The notes: generated from the sequence alone by a model not told the origin. A stretch of DNA of 34,481 bases from Chlamydiia bacterium (GCA_049314435.1 JBMOFD010000011.1:1-34481), one strand, 5' to 3'; counted from the first letter of the stretch, positions 16,945-27,470 are shown. Translations and numbers: made by a program.

Positions 16945-17039
16945 GCTCTCGCTGGTCGCCTCCCGCTGAGAACTCTAGAATCCTGTACAATAGATGCTTG
17001 CATGGCCTGGTTTATAGATGCCTTTTCGGGCTTATCCAG

Positions 17040-17093
17040 AGGAGGTCTGGAGGATGGAATCCTCCAGCTGAGGTCCGGAGCGGAGCTCCGGTA
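17040..17093. repeat. Dispersed double-hairpin element, copy C, in the trpS leader
   Basis: AGGAGGT-CTGGAGGAT/GGA/ATCCTCCAG-CTGAGGT-CCGGAGC/GGA/GCTCCGG-TA. Confidence 0.8.
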
Positions 17094-17132
17094 GACACCT
17101 CTTCACCAGACCGGTCTACAGGACGGAGCACG

Positions 17133-18191
17133 ATGGAACGCAAGCGCATTCTGACAGGGGATCGACCGACGGGGAAGCTGCATCTGGGGCACTGGGTGGG
17201 GTCGATCCGTAATCGTGTTGCCCTGCAGGACAAATACGACTGCTTCTTCATCATTGCGGATCTGCATACCCTGACGACACGTCCTCGTAAAGAGGAAGTC
17301 TTGGGCCTGCGTGAGCATGTCCATGACATGGTCCTCGACTACTTGGCCTGTGGCCTTGACCCTGAGAAGTCGGTGCTCTTTCTGCAGTCGGCGATTCCCT
17401 CTGTGTACGAACTGAATCTCCTGTTCGAGATGATGGTCTCTCTGAATCGCCTGACTGGGTTGCCCAGTCTCAAGGAGATGGCGCGTAATGCCGGCATCGA
17501 TCCGGAGAGCGTCTCCTTTGGGTTGGTGGGATATCCCGTTCTGCAGAGCGCCGATATCCTTTTGCCCAAGGCGCATCTTGTTCCGGTAGGAAAAGACAAT
17601 GAAGCGCATGTGGAGCTCACCCGAGACGTCGCACGACGCTTCAATCAGCTATATGGGGAGATCTTCCCGATGCCTGAAGCACTGATTGGCGAGGTGCCTA
17701 CGCTGGTGGGGACCGATGGGCAGAGCAAGATGTCCAAGAGCTTGGGCAACTGTATTTTCTTGAGCGATGATGCGCAGACCGTCGCGAAGAAGGTGCGCAG
17801 CATGTACACCGATCCCAAACGGATCTCTGCTGATGTGCCGGGCACAGTGGAGGGGAACCCTGTCTTCACCTACCACGACGTCTTCAATCCTGACCGCAGT
17901 GAAGTGGACCATCTCAAGGCTCTCTACCGTGAAGGTAAGGTCGGAGATGTAGCGGTGAAGGAGCGTCTGACTGAGGTGATCAATGGGGCGTTGGATCCGA
18001 TTCGTCAGAGGCGGGCAGCCCTTGCTGAACAAAAAGGGCTTGTCGAGCAGGTGCTCTACGCCGGGACGATGAAGATGCGTGAGGTCGGTGAGAACACCAT
18101 GAAAGAGGTGCGCTCGGCCATGGGCCTGTCGGGACTTTGGAATAAGATCAGTCGCACTGCCCGTGAGCAGCAGCGAGCGCTTGCTGAATAG
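17133..18191 (+). CDS. trpS: Tryptophan--tRNA ligase
   Basis: [13 protein letters not shown] (HIGH), [15 protein letters not shown]. True start most likely ATG 17133 with a GGAG RBS. Confidence 0.97.
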   Translation: MERKRILTGDRPTGKLHLGHWVGSIRNRVALQDKYDCFFIIADLHTLTTRPRKEEVLGLREHVHDMVLDYLACGLDPEKSVLFLQSAIPSVYELNLLFEMMVSLNRLTGLPSLKEMARNAGIDPESVSFGLVGYPVLQSADILLPKAHLVPVGKDNEAHVELTRDVARRFNQLYGEIFPMPEALIGEVPTLVGTDGQSKMSKSLGNCIFLSDDAQTVAKKVRSMYTDPKRISADVPGTVEGNPVFTYHDVFNPDRSEVDHLKALYREGKVGDVAVKERLTEVINGALDPIRQRRAALAEQKGLVEQVLYAGTMKMREVGENTMKEVRSAMGLSGLWNKISRTAREQQRALAE

Positions 18192-18195
18192 CGCT

Positions 18196-20175
18196 ATGTT
18201 CCAGCTTGTCACCGATTACGAACCTTGTGGAGATCAGCCCGCTGCTATTGAAGCCCTTACTCGAGGAGTAGAGGGAGGCTGTCGTGCTCAGACTCTCCTA
18301 GGGATCACTGGGAGTGGTAAGACCTTCACGATGGCCAACGTCATCCAGCGGGTGCAACGGCCCGCTCTGATCCTGGCCCACAACAAGACGTTAGCGGCCC
18401 AGCTCTACGAGGAGTTTAAGGGATTCTTCCCCCACAACGCCGTGGAGTACTTCGTCTCCTACTACGACTACTACCAACCAGAAGCCTACGTCGCTCGATC
18501 AGACACCTACATCGAGAAGACGATGGCGATCAACGACCGCATCGATCGTCTTCGACTAGCGGCCACCCGTTCTCTTCTTGAGCAGCGCGATGTGATCATC
18601 GTGGCCTCCGTCTCCTGCATCTACGGTCTGGGTATGCCCGAGTACTACGCGGCTCTCCGGACCGCGTTCCATACGGGTGCCACCTGGTCACAAGATGATC
18701 TGCAGGCTCGTCTTGTGGAGATGCACTATGTGAGGCAGGACTTTGACCTAATGCGGGGCTCCTTCCGCATCCGTGGGGATGTGGTGGAGATCTTCCCAGC
18801 CTATGAGGCGGAGAAGGCTCTCCGTCTGCAGTTCATGGATCAGGTGATCGAGTCGGTCTCGGAGATCGATCCCCTTACTGGACGTGTTCTAAAACGGCTC
18901 GATCCCGGTGTGACGCTCTATCCCGGGTCGCACCACGTAACGCCGGAAGATATCCGGTTCAAGGCGATGGGGGAGATCCGTGAGGAGCTCAAGGAGCGGG
19001 CGGGATTCTTTGAGGAGCAGGGCCGGATCGCGGAACGGGATCGAGTCAGGCAGCGGACCCAGTACGACCTCGAGATGATGCGCGAGATCGGCTACTGCAA
19101 GGGCATCGAGAACTACAGCCGCTTCTTCGGTCGTCGACAGCCTGGAGAACCGCCTGCCTGCCTGCTGGACTACTTTCCTAAGGACTACCTCGTCTTCATC
19201 GATGAGTCTCACGTCTCGGTCCCGCAGCTCCATGGCATGTGCAATGGAGATCGTGCCCGCAAGGTCTCTCTCATCGACTATGGCTTCCGTCTGCCCTCTG
19301 CCTTTGACAACCGTCCTCTACGGTTCGATGAGGCGTACGCGAAAATGTCTCAGGTGGTCTTTGTCTCCGCCACCCCAGGTGCGTTCGAGATCGCGGAGTC
19401 GAAAGAGCAGGTGGTTGAGCAGATCCTGCGACCTACAGGACTGCTAGATCCCGTGATTGACGTGCGGCCAGCGACCGGTCAGGTGGATGATGCGATCGAG
19501 CAGATCCGCACAGAGGTTGAGGGGGGTGGCAAGGTACTGGTGACAACTCTTACCAAGAAGCTGGCAGAGGAGCTAGCGAAGTACTTGGAGGAGATCGGCA
19601 TACGAGCCAAGTACCTTCACTCGGACCTAGACACGTTGGAACGCATCCAGATCATCCAGGGATTGCGTAAGAACGAATACGACGTGTTGGTTGGCATCAA
19701 CCTGCTACGAGAAGGTTTGGACCTGCCTGAGGTTACGCTAGTGGCTATTTTGGACGCGGACAAGGAGGGGTTCCTTCGTTCGGAGACCTCTCTCATCCAG
19801 ACCTGCGGTCGTGCGGCCAGGAATGCCAAGGGTCGGGTGGTTATGTACGCAGACAAGATGACGGAGGGTATTCGTCATGCAGTGGAGATCACGCGTAAGC
19901 GAAGAGGGCATCAGGAGCAGTACAACTTGGAGCATGGAGTGACACCAACGACGGTGGCACGGCCTATCATGGGTGATTGGGAATTCGAAGCGCCGGTAGA
20001 GGCTTTGAATCGAGAAATGGGACCTGCGCAACCTCCCCTCTCTTCAGAGGAACTCTCGGTGAAGATCACCGAGTTAGAGAAGAAGATGCGTCAGGCCGCC
20101 AAGGAGTTCCGGTTTGAAGAGGCCGCCAAATTCCGCGATGAGTGGCGGAAGTTGAAGGAACTGGAACTCCTCTGA
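18196..20175 (+). CDS. uvrB: Excinuclease ABC subunit B
   Basis: [40 protein letters not shown]-terminal UVR coiled coil FEEAAKFRD. Start ATG 18196. Confidence 0.98.
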   Translation: MFQLVTDYEPCGDQPAAIEALTRGVEGGCRAQTLLGITGSGKTFTMANVIQRVQRPALILAHNKTLAAQLYEEFKGFFPHNAVEYFVSYYDYYQPEAYVARSDTYIEKTMAINDRIDRLRLAATRSLLEQRDVIIVASVSCIYGLGMPEYYAALRTAFHTGATWSQDDLQARLVEMHYVRQDFDLMRGSFRIRGDVVEIFPAYEAEKALRLQFMDQVIESVSEIDPLTGRVLKRLDPGVTLYPGSHHVTPEDIRFKAMGEIREELKERAGFFEEQGRIAERDRVRQRTQYDLEMMREIGYCKGIENYSRFFGRRQPGEPPACLLDYFPKDYLVFIDESHVSVPQLHGMCNGDRARKVSLIDYGFRLPSAFDNRPLRFDEAYAKMSQVVFVSATPGAFEIAESKEQVVEQILRPTGLLDPVIDVRPATGQVDDAIEQIRTEVEGGGKVLVTTLTKKLAEELAKYLEEIGIRAKYLHSDLDTLERIQIIQGLRKNEYDVLVGINLLREGLDLPEVTLVAILDADKEGFLRSETSLIQTCGRAARNAKGRVVMYADKMTEGIRHAVEITRKRRGHQEQYNLEHGVTPTTVARPIMGDWEFEAPVEALNREMGPAQPPLSSEELSVKITELEKKMRQAAKEFRFEEAAKFRDEWRKLKELELL

Positions 20176-20191
20176 GCCTGCGCAGCTGGGT

Positions 20192-20539
20192 TCAACGGCT
20201 GCTCGTAATCTGGGTGCAGTGGCCCCGTGTTAAGCACTTCACAACATCGTTTCCTGGAATACCCTGACATGCACCGATCAATGAACTTAGGTCCGTCTGC
20301 TCGGTGGGGCTTAGGTTACAGCTCACGTTCTTCGGCGTGGCATTGTCGGTGGTAGAGATCCCCGCACAGTAGTTGACAAGGTTGAGAAGGGTAGCGCTTG
20401 TTTGACTCGTGCCCTCTGAACTCGCAAGATACTGACAGAGATTGGGTATGGTTCCAATCGTAGTCGCTCCGTAAGTCGTGCTCATTGTCAGCATCAGAGC
20501 CAGTGCGCTCCATGAAATGTTTCTGATCCAAGATGTCAT
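20192..20539 (-). CDS. Small secreted Cys-rich protein (paralog A)
   Basis: Signal peptide MTSWIRNISWSALALMLTMSTTYG; six Cys in the mature part. Confidence 0.75.
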   Translation of the reverse strand: MTSWIRNISWSALALMLTMSTTYGATTIGTIPNLCQYLASSEGTSQTSATLLNLVNYCAGISTTDNATPKNVSCNLSPTEQTDLSSLIGACQGIPGNDVVKCLTRGHCTQITSSR

Positions 20540-20767
20540 AATTCCCCCAGTCGTTCGGCATGAATGCAACGAAATATTTTAATTGGCAGTAGCCTCTTTA
20601 CAAAGGATTCGGAACCAAACTGCAACGTGACCCCGAAGGGGCTGAGGGTATGTCCTTGGGTCTAAAGATCGAAGAGGGAGTCCGTAGTCGGCCAGCCAAA
20701 GCTAGGCAATGACGGGTGTGATTGCTAAGCCAAAATATGTGAGGAGTGGGTGGAATATAGAAGGGAG

Positions 20768-20794
20768 ACGAGGTCGCCAACGGTGCGACCTCGT
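20768..20794 (-). terminator. Hairpin downstream of 20811..21185; possible terminator
   Basis: ACGAGGTCGC-N7-GCGACCTCGT, followed on the minus strand by pyrimidine-rich CTCCCTTCT rather than a U-run. Confidence 0.45.
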
Positions 20795-20810
20795 GAATGG
20801 CAAGATGGCC

Positions 20811-21185
20811 CTATGGACTTGATGGGGACACAGGCAAGGTATTGCAGTATTTGAGGAATTGAGTGGGGACCTCGTTGGAGGAGAATTTAGTGAATAGGTT
20901 CGACAGGACGGTTTTGTCCCCCGGATTAAGGAGGCAGGTCAGGGCTGTGCTCCCCGAACAGGATACAATCGTTGCCTGGTTGGCGCATGTCTGCAATTGC
21001 GAGACCTGCCGGCAGTTATCCCCTGTGAGGTGATGGCTGAATGGTGTACCAGTGATAGCGGGAGTTTCGTAGAGGTAATTACATAGGTGCCGTAGGTCTG
21101 TAATCTGAGCGTCTCCAGCATGAGCAGCACTGAAGGGGATCATGAGAGCGAGAAAGCCCCATGAGAATTTTCTGATCCAAGACAT
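20811..21185 (-). CDS. Small secreted Cys-rich protein (paralog B)
   Basis: Signal peptide MSWIRKFSWGFLALMIPFSAAHA, AGGAGG RBS, six Cys; shares LCxYL and CxLxPxxxTxLSxL with paralog A. Confidence 0.8.
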   Translation of the reverse strand: MSWIRKFSWGFLALMIPFSAAHAGDAQITDLRHLCNYLYETPAITGTPFSHHLTGDNCRQVSQLQTCANQATIVSCSGSTALTCLLNPGDKTVLSNLFTKFSSNEVPTQFLKYCNTLPVSPSSP

Positions 21186-21286
21186 GAGAACCTCCTAGGA
21201 CGCCTCATTCTGCTCAGTCACACGGACTGAGTGATGGCCTCCTTTAGGAGGATCTCAGGCTAAGTTTCAATGTGACCCTGGTGGAT

Positions 21287-21312
21287 CAGGAGGCGCCGCG
21301 TGGCGCCTCCTG
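21287..21312 (-). terminator. Strong GC hairpin just after the topA stop
   Basis: CAGGAGGCGCC-GCGT-GGCGCCTCCTG, 11-bp stem, no U-tract. Confidence 0.5.
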
Positions 21313-21324
21313 CCTCGACCTCGG

Positions 21325-23958
21325 CTATTCCGACTCCAGCTGAGCGGAGAGGAACTTGGGCAGCTGCATCATGTTGGTGGAGCCTTCCAGGTTTAAAGCC
21401 TTTTTGAGGGCAGCGTCTGGGATGATCTGGCGACCATCGTTGGGATCCTGCAATTTGTGCTCTTTGATGTAGACCCAGAGTCTCTTGGTAAAGTCGGGAC
21501 GCGATCCAGGCGTATCCCCCACGATCGCAGCCAACTGAGCGGAAGGACGCATCGGCTTGTTGAAGCCTGTCCCTTCGGCAGCAGACTTCGTCTTCTTGCT
21601 ACGGGTTGTGGTGGTCTTAGCCTTGGAGGTAGACTTGCTCTTCGTCTTGGTGGCTGCTGTCTTCGTGGTGGCTGCTTTGCCTTTCTTTGCGGTGGCACCC
21701 TTAGCGGTTTTCTTTGCCTTCACGACAGCAGGAGTCTTCGGATGGTTGCTGTACTTCTCTTCCAACTGACTGAGCTGGCTGACGATCACGTCGCAGGCTG
21801 GGTACTCAGAGCAGGAGAAGAAGGCCTTGCCCTTCCATGAGCGGCGCTGACGTATCGTCCCGGTGCAACCGATGGCGGGACAAGGCGCGGTCTCGGTAGA
21901 GACCCCTTTCTCCCCTTTTTTAGGGATGTTCACGATCCCCTTGCACTCAGGGTACTTCACGCAACCTAGGAAGGGTCCGTAACGACCGTGCCGAACCTTC
22001 ATGGGGCCCTGGCAAATCGGGCACGCCTGATCCCAGTCAAAGTCCTCGGCGAAGTTCTCGCGATCGAAGGTCTGCTCTTCTAGCGTGGTCGTGTAACTGC
22101 AATCTGGATAGCGACTGCATCCAAGGAAGTAGCGTCCCTTCGCCCAGATCTTCTGCAGGTGCGCGCCACATGTGGGGCAGGGCAGCTCTGTATCGACCTT
22201 AGGAACGTGCATCTCCTCGGTGGCCTTGTCGACCAGAGGAAGAAATTCTTTCCAGAACTCCTGCAGAACTTCGTGCCAATCCTTACGGTTCTCGGCGATG
22301 GACTCCAGCTGATCTTCCATGGCGGCGGTAAAGCCAACCTGCATGATCAGCGGGAAGTTCTCTTCCAACATGTGGGCGATTAGAATCCCCAACTCGGTTG
22401 GCTTGATGTAGCTCTTCTCTTTGGTGGTGTACTCCCGAGATTGGATCTTGTTCATGATCGGCACGTACGTGCTAGGACGTCCAATCCCCGACTTCTCCAA
22501 CTCCTTCACCAGCGACGCTTCCGTGAAGCGTGGTGGAGGTCGTGTGAAGGACTGCTCGGCAGCCACTTCTTTCACCTTGAGAGCTTCTTTTTCAGCCAGG
22601 AAGGGTAGGAGACGATCTCCATTGTCCTCTTGGTTGTCATCATCTTGACGCTCTTCGTATAGAGCCAAGAAACCGGGGAACTTCAGTTGGGAGCCGGTGC
22701 TCCTTAAGCCCAGGTTTTGGTCGGTTGCGATGTCGACTGAGACGGTGTCATAGATGGCGGAGGCCATCTGCGACGCCACAAATCGTCGCCAGATCAGCTG
22801 ATAGAGATTGAACTGATCATGGGTTAGGTATTTGCGAATCGAATCAGGAGTGTGGTGCACATGAGCTGGTCGGATCGCTTCGTGGGCATCTTGCGCGCTC
22901 TTCTTCGTCAGGTACTGCCGCGGTGTAGCAGGGAGGTAGTCCTTGCCATGCCCATCCAGAATGTAACGCCTAGCTTCTTCGATCGCTTCTGGAGCCACGC
23001 GTACCGAGTCGGTTCGCATGTAGGTGATCAACCCCTCAGGGCCATCTGACCCTAAGTCCACACCCTCATAAAGACCCTGAGCAATGCTCATCGTGCGCTG
23101 GGCAGAGAGACTATGGTGGCGGCTTGCCTCCTGCTGCAGAGTCGACGTAGTGAACGGAGCCACGGGATGACGCTGCTTCTCTTTGCGCTCGATCGATTCG
23201 ATCCAATAGTCAGCGCGAAGGAGTTGTTGACGCAGGCGCTCGGCTGTAGCCCCATCGGAAATAAGAGCTACGTCCTTTCCAGGAATCGGCTCCTTCTCCA
23301 CCTTCTTCCCATCGATGGTGATGAGGTGGGCGCGTAGCGTGTGTTGGGTTTGTGTCGAGAGGGCCGCTGTCAGCGTCCAGTATTCGACGGGAAGGAAGCG
23401 ATTGATCTCCTCTTCGCGGTCGACCACCAGCTTCAGGGCCACAGACTGAACACGTCCGGCAGAGAGCCCACCATCCTTACCACGAGCGATGCGCCGAGCA
23501 AGCAGCGGGCTGATCTTATAACCCACCATCCGGTCCAACAGACGGCGTGCCTGCTGGGCGTTGACCATCGCCATGTCGATAGGACGCGTCTCTTCGAGGG
23601 CTCGGGTCACAGCTTCTTTAGTGATCGACTGGAAGGTTGCACGCACGACCTTTGTGTCGGGGGGCAGAAGGCTGGCGATGTGCCAGGCGATCGCCTCTCC
23701 CTCTCGGTCGGGGTCGGGGCAGAGATAGACCAGGTCGACTTTTTTGGCGGCGCGCTTGAGCTTGTCGACCACTTCTTCCTTCCCAGGTAGGACGACATAC
23801 TCCGGCTCGAAGTCATGCTCCACGTCGATGCCAAATCCCTTTTCAGGAAGATCGCGTACGTGCCCCACGGAGGACTCAATGAGGTAACGGTCACCAAGGA
23901 ATTTCCTCAGTGTTTTGATCTTTGTGGGGGATTCCACAATGATAAGGGCTTTACCCAT
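21325..23958 (-). CDS. topA: DNA topoisomerase I with Zn ribbons, Lys/Ala/Thr-rich linker and C-terminal SWIB domain
   Basis: IIVESPTK, DPDREGE, SAGRVQS, LITYMRTD, three Cys ribbons, SWIB-like LWVYIKEHKLQDP. Confidence 0.98.
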   Translation of the reverse strand: MGKALIIVESPTKIKTLRKFLGDRYLIESSVGHVRDLPEKGFGIDVEHDFEPEYVVLPGKEEVVDKLKRAAKKVDLVYLCPDPDREGEAIAWHIASLLPPDTKVVRATFQSITKEAVTRALEETRPIDMAMVNAQQARRLLDRMVGYKISPLLARRIARGKDGGLSAGRVQSVALKLVVDREEEINRFLPVEYWTLTAALSTQTQHTLRAHLITIDGKKVEKEPIPGKDVALISDGATAERLRQQLLRADYWIESIERKEKQRHPVAPFTTSTLQQEASRHHSLSAQRTMSIAQGLYEGVDLGSDGPEGLITYMRTDSVRVAPEAIEEARRYILDGHGKDYLPATPRQYLTKKSAQDAHEAIRPAHVHHTPDSIRKYLTHDQFNLYQLIWRRFVASQMASAIYDTVSVDIATDQNLGLRSTGSQLKFPGFLALYEERQDDDNQEDNGDRLLPFLAEKEALKVKEVAAEQSFTRPPPRFTEASLVKELEKSGIGRPSTYVPIMNKIQSREYTTKEKSYIKPTELGILIAHMLEENFPLIMQVGFTAAMEDQLESIAENRKDWHEVLQEFWKEFLPLVDKATEEMHVPKVDTELPCPTCGAHLQKIWAKGRYFLGCSRYPDCSYTTTLEEQTFDRENFAEDFDWDQACPICQGPMKVRHGRYGPFLGCVKYPECKGIVNIPKKGEKGVSTETAPCPAIGCTGTIRQRRSWKGKAFFSCSEYPACDVIVSQLSQLEEKYSNHPKTPAVVKAKKTAKGATAKKGKAATTKTAATKTKSKSTSKAKTTTTRSKKTKSAAEGTGFNKPMRPSAQLAAIVGDTPGSRPDFTKRLWVYIKEHKLQDPNDGRQIIPDAALKKALNLEGSTNMMQLPKFLSAQLESE

Positions 23959-24205
23959 GAGTCTCGCTTCCCGGGGTCAGGACCACGTGCGGTCGAGAGA
24001 AGGGGGGTCTTGCTATCCAAGATCTACGCCCGCAGCTCCTCTATCTATTTCAATAGGGACCGTATGGTTTCAGGCAAGCATTCTCGAGGTAGGAGGCCAA
24101 TTCAAGCAAACATCTCTCGATGGATCGGGTCACGGCTCTGGATCCAAAGCCAGCCAACTCGACGTCGAGCAGGTCATAGTCAATGCTAGAAATTTGTTGA
24201 AATTC

Positions 24206-24799
24206 TTACTTGGAGAAATTCCCAGACCCATTGGCCGGGGCTTCCTTGCCAGAGTCAGCTGCAGGTTCTTCTGGCGGTGGCGGTGGCAGGGGGCGGGTGA
24301 TCGGATCGACGATCTTCATTGTGCTAGGGTCCGCCAGCCAGGTGGTGAGCTGCCCATGGTGCACCACTAACTGAGCGATATAGGGATTGGGGTAACGGTC
24401 CCCTTCGCTGTCCCAGAAGGTGACCTTCAGAGCCAAATCATCCCAGTGGATCGGGCGATCCTTGTTGCGGCCTAGCGCTTCGTTAGCAAAGGACCGTGTT
24501 GTGGAGTGAGCGTTGGCCGCCCACAGCATCGAATGGAGGATATCGCGAGAGTAGTTCTCAGCCTGTTCTCTTGAGAGGGCATGGGTGTCGCTGAGGCGAA
24601 GAGTGAGTGGCGTGCGGGCCCAGCAAAGCAGGGGCTCGATCGACAGCCAGGTTGCATCACGGCGACGAGCAATGCGCTGAGTATCACGAGAGAAAAGGAC
24701 AGGGGCGTCTTTGCGGGTGGAGATGACTTGAGCCGTCTCCTGGTCGTAGGGCGCTCCACATGCAAGAAGCAAGCTGAGCATGAAGCATATGACGCGCAT
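24206..24799 (-). CDS. Hypothetical lipoprotein
   Basis: MRVICFMLSLLLAC lipobox, Pro-rich C-terminus; its start abuts the stop of the upstream gene. Confidence 0.7.
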   Translation of the reverse strand: MRVICFMLSLLLACGAPYDQETAQVISTRKDAPVLFSRDTQRIARRRDATWLSIEPLLCWARTPLTLRLSDTHALSREQAENYSRDILHSMLWAANAHSTTRSFANEALGRNKDRPIHWDDLALKVTFWDSEGDRYPNPYIAQLVVHHGQLTTWLADPSTMKIVDPITRPLPPPPPEEPAADSGKEAPANGSGNFSK

Positions 24800-25543
24800 C
24801 TACTCGAATTCCTCTCGCAACTGGGGAAAGGCTTCCACAAGGAACGCAGTGCGGAAGTCAGAGCCCTGCAACAATTTATGTAACCCAGGAACCCCTTCGC
24901 GCGCAATCAATACAATTTCTTCCGGCAGCAAATGGAGTAGGAGAGGCCAGGTGGGAAGTGAAGCCCTCGACAATGCCTTCAGGGACCTTCTCAAGTGATA
25001 AACAACGATCCAGGCTCTATAGCCAGCGATTCCCAATGACACCACGCCTATCGGAAGCAGCCATGGAAGAGACAGCGTCCAAGCCCACAGCATGGCCAGT
25101 ATCCCGCAGCCACATAGGAGTAACTGGGTCATGTCTAGGACCAGCCAGCTTAGTCCCCTAAGGATCTTGGATGGGCAGGTGGCCCATGCTAGGGCCTCTT
25201 CCCACGGGCTGTCTGGGAACCCACAACGGATCGCGTGGACCAACTCATGCGCCAGAATCGCCTCACTCTTGATGAAGAACGAACGGTTGCCTAGAAGGAT
25301 GCGGCACTCAATGGGACGATCCTCTTCCTGATCGATGAGCGTGGCTCCGCCTTCAAAAAAACGCAGTTCAGTAGAGTTGTGCTCGACTGGTACCCACGGC
25401 GCTTGCACCTGATAGGGAGAGAGCAAGGGACTGTCAGGACAAGGTCGACACAAGGCACACAGAACGCGTGCCTGGAACAGCGATTCAGTTTCTAGAGGGC
25501 CGGGGATCAATCCCATTGACCGCAGAGATGAAGCATGTTCCAT
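24800..25543 (-). CDS. Chlamydial hypothetical membrane protein with HExxH motif (probably CT642-like)
   Basis: GLIPGP, AHELVHA, EEALA, two hydrophobic segments. Its position between rpoN and topA matches my recollection of chlamydial synteny. Confidence 0.7.
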   Translation of the reverse strand: MEHASSLRSMGLIPGPLETESLFQARVLCALCRPCPDSPLLSPYQVQAPWVPVEHNSTELRFFEGGATLIDQEEDRPIECRILLGNRSFFIKSEAILAHELVHAIRCGFPDSPWEEALAWATCPSKILRGLSWLVLDMTQLLLCGCGILAMLWAWTLSLPWLLPIGVVSLGIAGYRAWIVVYHLRRSLKALSRASLPTWPLLLHLLPEEIVLIAREGVPGLHKLLQGSDFRTAFLVEAFPQLREEFE

Positions 25544-25662
25544 ACGATCGATGATAGAGGGCTTGAGGAGATTCGGGCTAGTAGGCGGTCAAATAAGTCT
25601 TGATGAGTGAGCGCTCAAGGCATAGCCCGGAGCGCCTGACCGGATTTCAGGTTCTGAAAAAC

Positions 25663-27357
25663 CTAAGGGCCTTTCTGCTTGGCTACCTTGACCTCGACGT
25701 CACGACCACAGAAGGCGACGCCGTAGTGTAGAATACGATGCACGCCGGCTTGGCGAAGCCGTGCATCGTATTCTCGATCTCGAATCTGTTGGAGCGCCGA
25801 CTCTGCTACGGAGGCAAGATCTGCGACAGCTGCGGCTCTCTTGACCTCGACCACGATCCCGGGCTGATTCGGTCGTCGAGGCTGCAAGAGAATGTCGAAT
25901 CGTCCCCAACCAGATTCTCCGTTGGAAAAGATCTGATAGGAGTCCTGCAGTGCCGCGCAGAGTCCGAGGACCATGAGATGATAGGAGTTTTCTAGTGTAG
26001 AAGCGGTCAAGTCAAAGGCGCTGGCACTCGTAAGCAGAAAGCGCGATAACCAACGCTGGACTTGGCCCGCATCGCCTTCGGACAGAGCTCTCCAAAGGCT
26101 CGATAGGGCATCTCCTCCCATGGGAGAAAACAGTGGAGCCAGGATCGACCTAAAAGAGAGCCTTACCTCCAAGTTCGGAACGCGGAGAACCACCGTCTGA
26201 GGATCTTCCTTTGATCGTTGTCCCGTTAGATATCCGGTGTTGAGCATCAGAGTAAAGAGGGGCGCTGCCGGCGCCTTGCCAGATTCAAACTCCAGCGGTT
26301 GGCGGATCCTATCAAGAGGCCTCCTGATGCTTTCGCCTCCTATGAGGACTCGAAGTGCTTCTAGTTCTGATGGATCTGCATGACGGATGGCCCAGAGCAA
26401 CAATCCCGTAGCTCCAGTGAACGTCCAGTAGCTCATGGGCGCCTCACCAGAATCAAGAGCCATAAGAATGGACCATGGATTGAAGAGAGCCTCAGTCCCG
26501 ATCGTGTAGCCGTTATACCACTCATGGAAGCTGGAAAGCTCCGGGCCGCGCGCTACAGAGCTCAGCAATTGCTCTACCTCGTCTTGGGTGAACCCAAAGT
26601 GCGCTGCGTATTTATCCTCCAAGGGGCCACAGACTCGCAGATTATTTAAGCCCGACGAGAGACCATGCTGGCTGATTTGAAGAATCCCCGTTAGGAAAGC
26701 CTTGTGAACATAGCTGCGGCCCCCTTTAAGAACAGGGCCAAGCCATAGTTGATAGAAGGAAGCCACCTCCGCAAAACAGCCCGACTCTTGGGCACGTATC
26801 AGCGGAGCATCATATTCATCTAAAAACAGATAGCAGGGAGATCCTGACGCTGTAGCAAGCCCCGAAGTGAGACGGAGTAGACTACTGGTCAATTGGAGCT
26901 GCGTACCTCGCTTCTCAATGATGGCCTGCAAATCCTCTAGGTCCGTTGGTGAGAGATGTGGCACGAGTCGAGGCATATGGGGTCGCAGCAACTGTCCTAT
27001 AGATGCCTGTAGCCCGCTTTCAAAGTCTTCAAGGGAATGAGCGGAAATATCTTTGAGCGACAAATAGATAGCGGCGCGTGACCCAGCTAACCGCCAATAA
27101 TGGGACGAGCGCACCCAGGTGCCTTGGAAAAGATCCTCATGTTCCGAGTGATCGTCTCCGTAGAATGCCTGGAGCATAGACAGGGCCAAGGACTTACCAA
27201 AGCGTCGTGGCCGAAGACAGAGAACGGCGGGGCTTCCATCAAGCTCAAAGGACTCAATCAGACGCGTCTTGTCAACATAGACGCATCCTTCGCGTCGCAA
27301 GGGGCGAAATTCGTCAGTCCCAATAGGCCAGCGAGGTGCTTGGCTGGATTGCTGCAT
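25663..27357 (-). CDS. AAA-ATPase-like + PD-(D/E)XK nuclease (PDDEXK_9-type) protein
   Basis: YVDKT, RPRRFGKS, DEYDAP, WYNGY, FNPWS; C-terminal NGESGWGRFDI...VEVK...ALQQI. Confidence 0.9.
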   Translation of the reverse strand: MQQSSQAPRWPIGTDEFRPLRREGCVYVDKTRLIESFELDGSPAVLCLRPRRFGKSLALSMLQAFYGDDHSEHEDLFQGTWVRSSHYWRLAGSRAAIYLSLKDISAHSLEDFESGLQASIGQLLRPHMPRLVPHLSPTDLEDLQAIIEKRGTQLQLTSSLLRLTSGLATASGSPCYLFLDEYDAPLIRAQESGCFAEVASFYQLWLGPVLKGGRSYVHKAFLTGILQISQHGLSSGLNNLRVCGPLEDKYAAHFGFTQDEVEQLLSSVARGPELSSFHEWYNGYTIGTEALFNPWSILMALDSGEAPMSYWTFTGATGLLLWAIRHADPSELEALRVLIGGESIRRPLDRIRQPLEFESGKAPAAPLFTLMLNTGYLTGQRSKEDPQTVVLRVPNLEVRLSFRSILAPLFSPMGGDALSSLWRALSEGDAGQVQRWLSRFLLTSASAFDLTASTLENSYHLMVLGLCAALQDSYQIFSNGESGWGRFDILLQPRRPNQPGIVVEVKRAAAVADLASVAESALQQIRDREYDARLRQAGVHRILHYGVAFCGRDVEVKVAKQKGP

Positions 27358-27470
27358 GGGACGGCCTCTAAGGAGTTACAAAATCTCGATTGTAGGGAGG
27401 AATTTGGAAAAGATCTATCGCCTTTCTAGCCGTCCGGCATAGAAAGGCTATATTATTGATTTTTTATTTA

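Noticed and set aside
16941..17132. N-terminal extension of TrpS or a T-box leader
   Set aside because: The extension translates through the hairpin repeat, homology begins at Met 17133, and no T-box consensus is seen.
20570..20760. c-di-GMP-like riboswitch or sRNA between the Cys-rich genes
   Set aside because: Only a partial GGTCTAA resemblance on the non-coding strand; the required stems could not be built.
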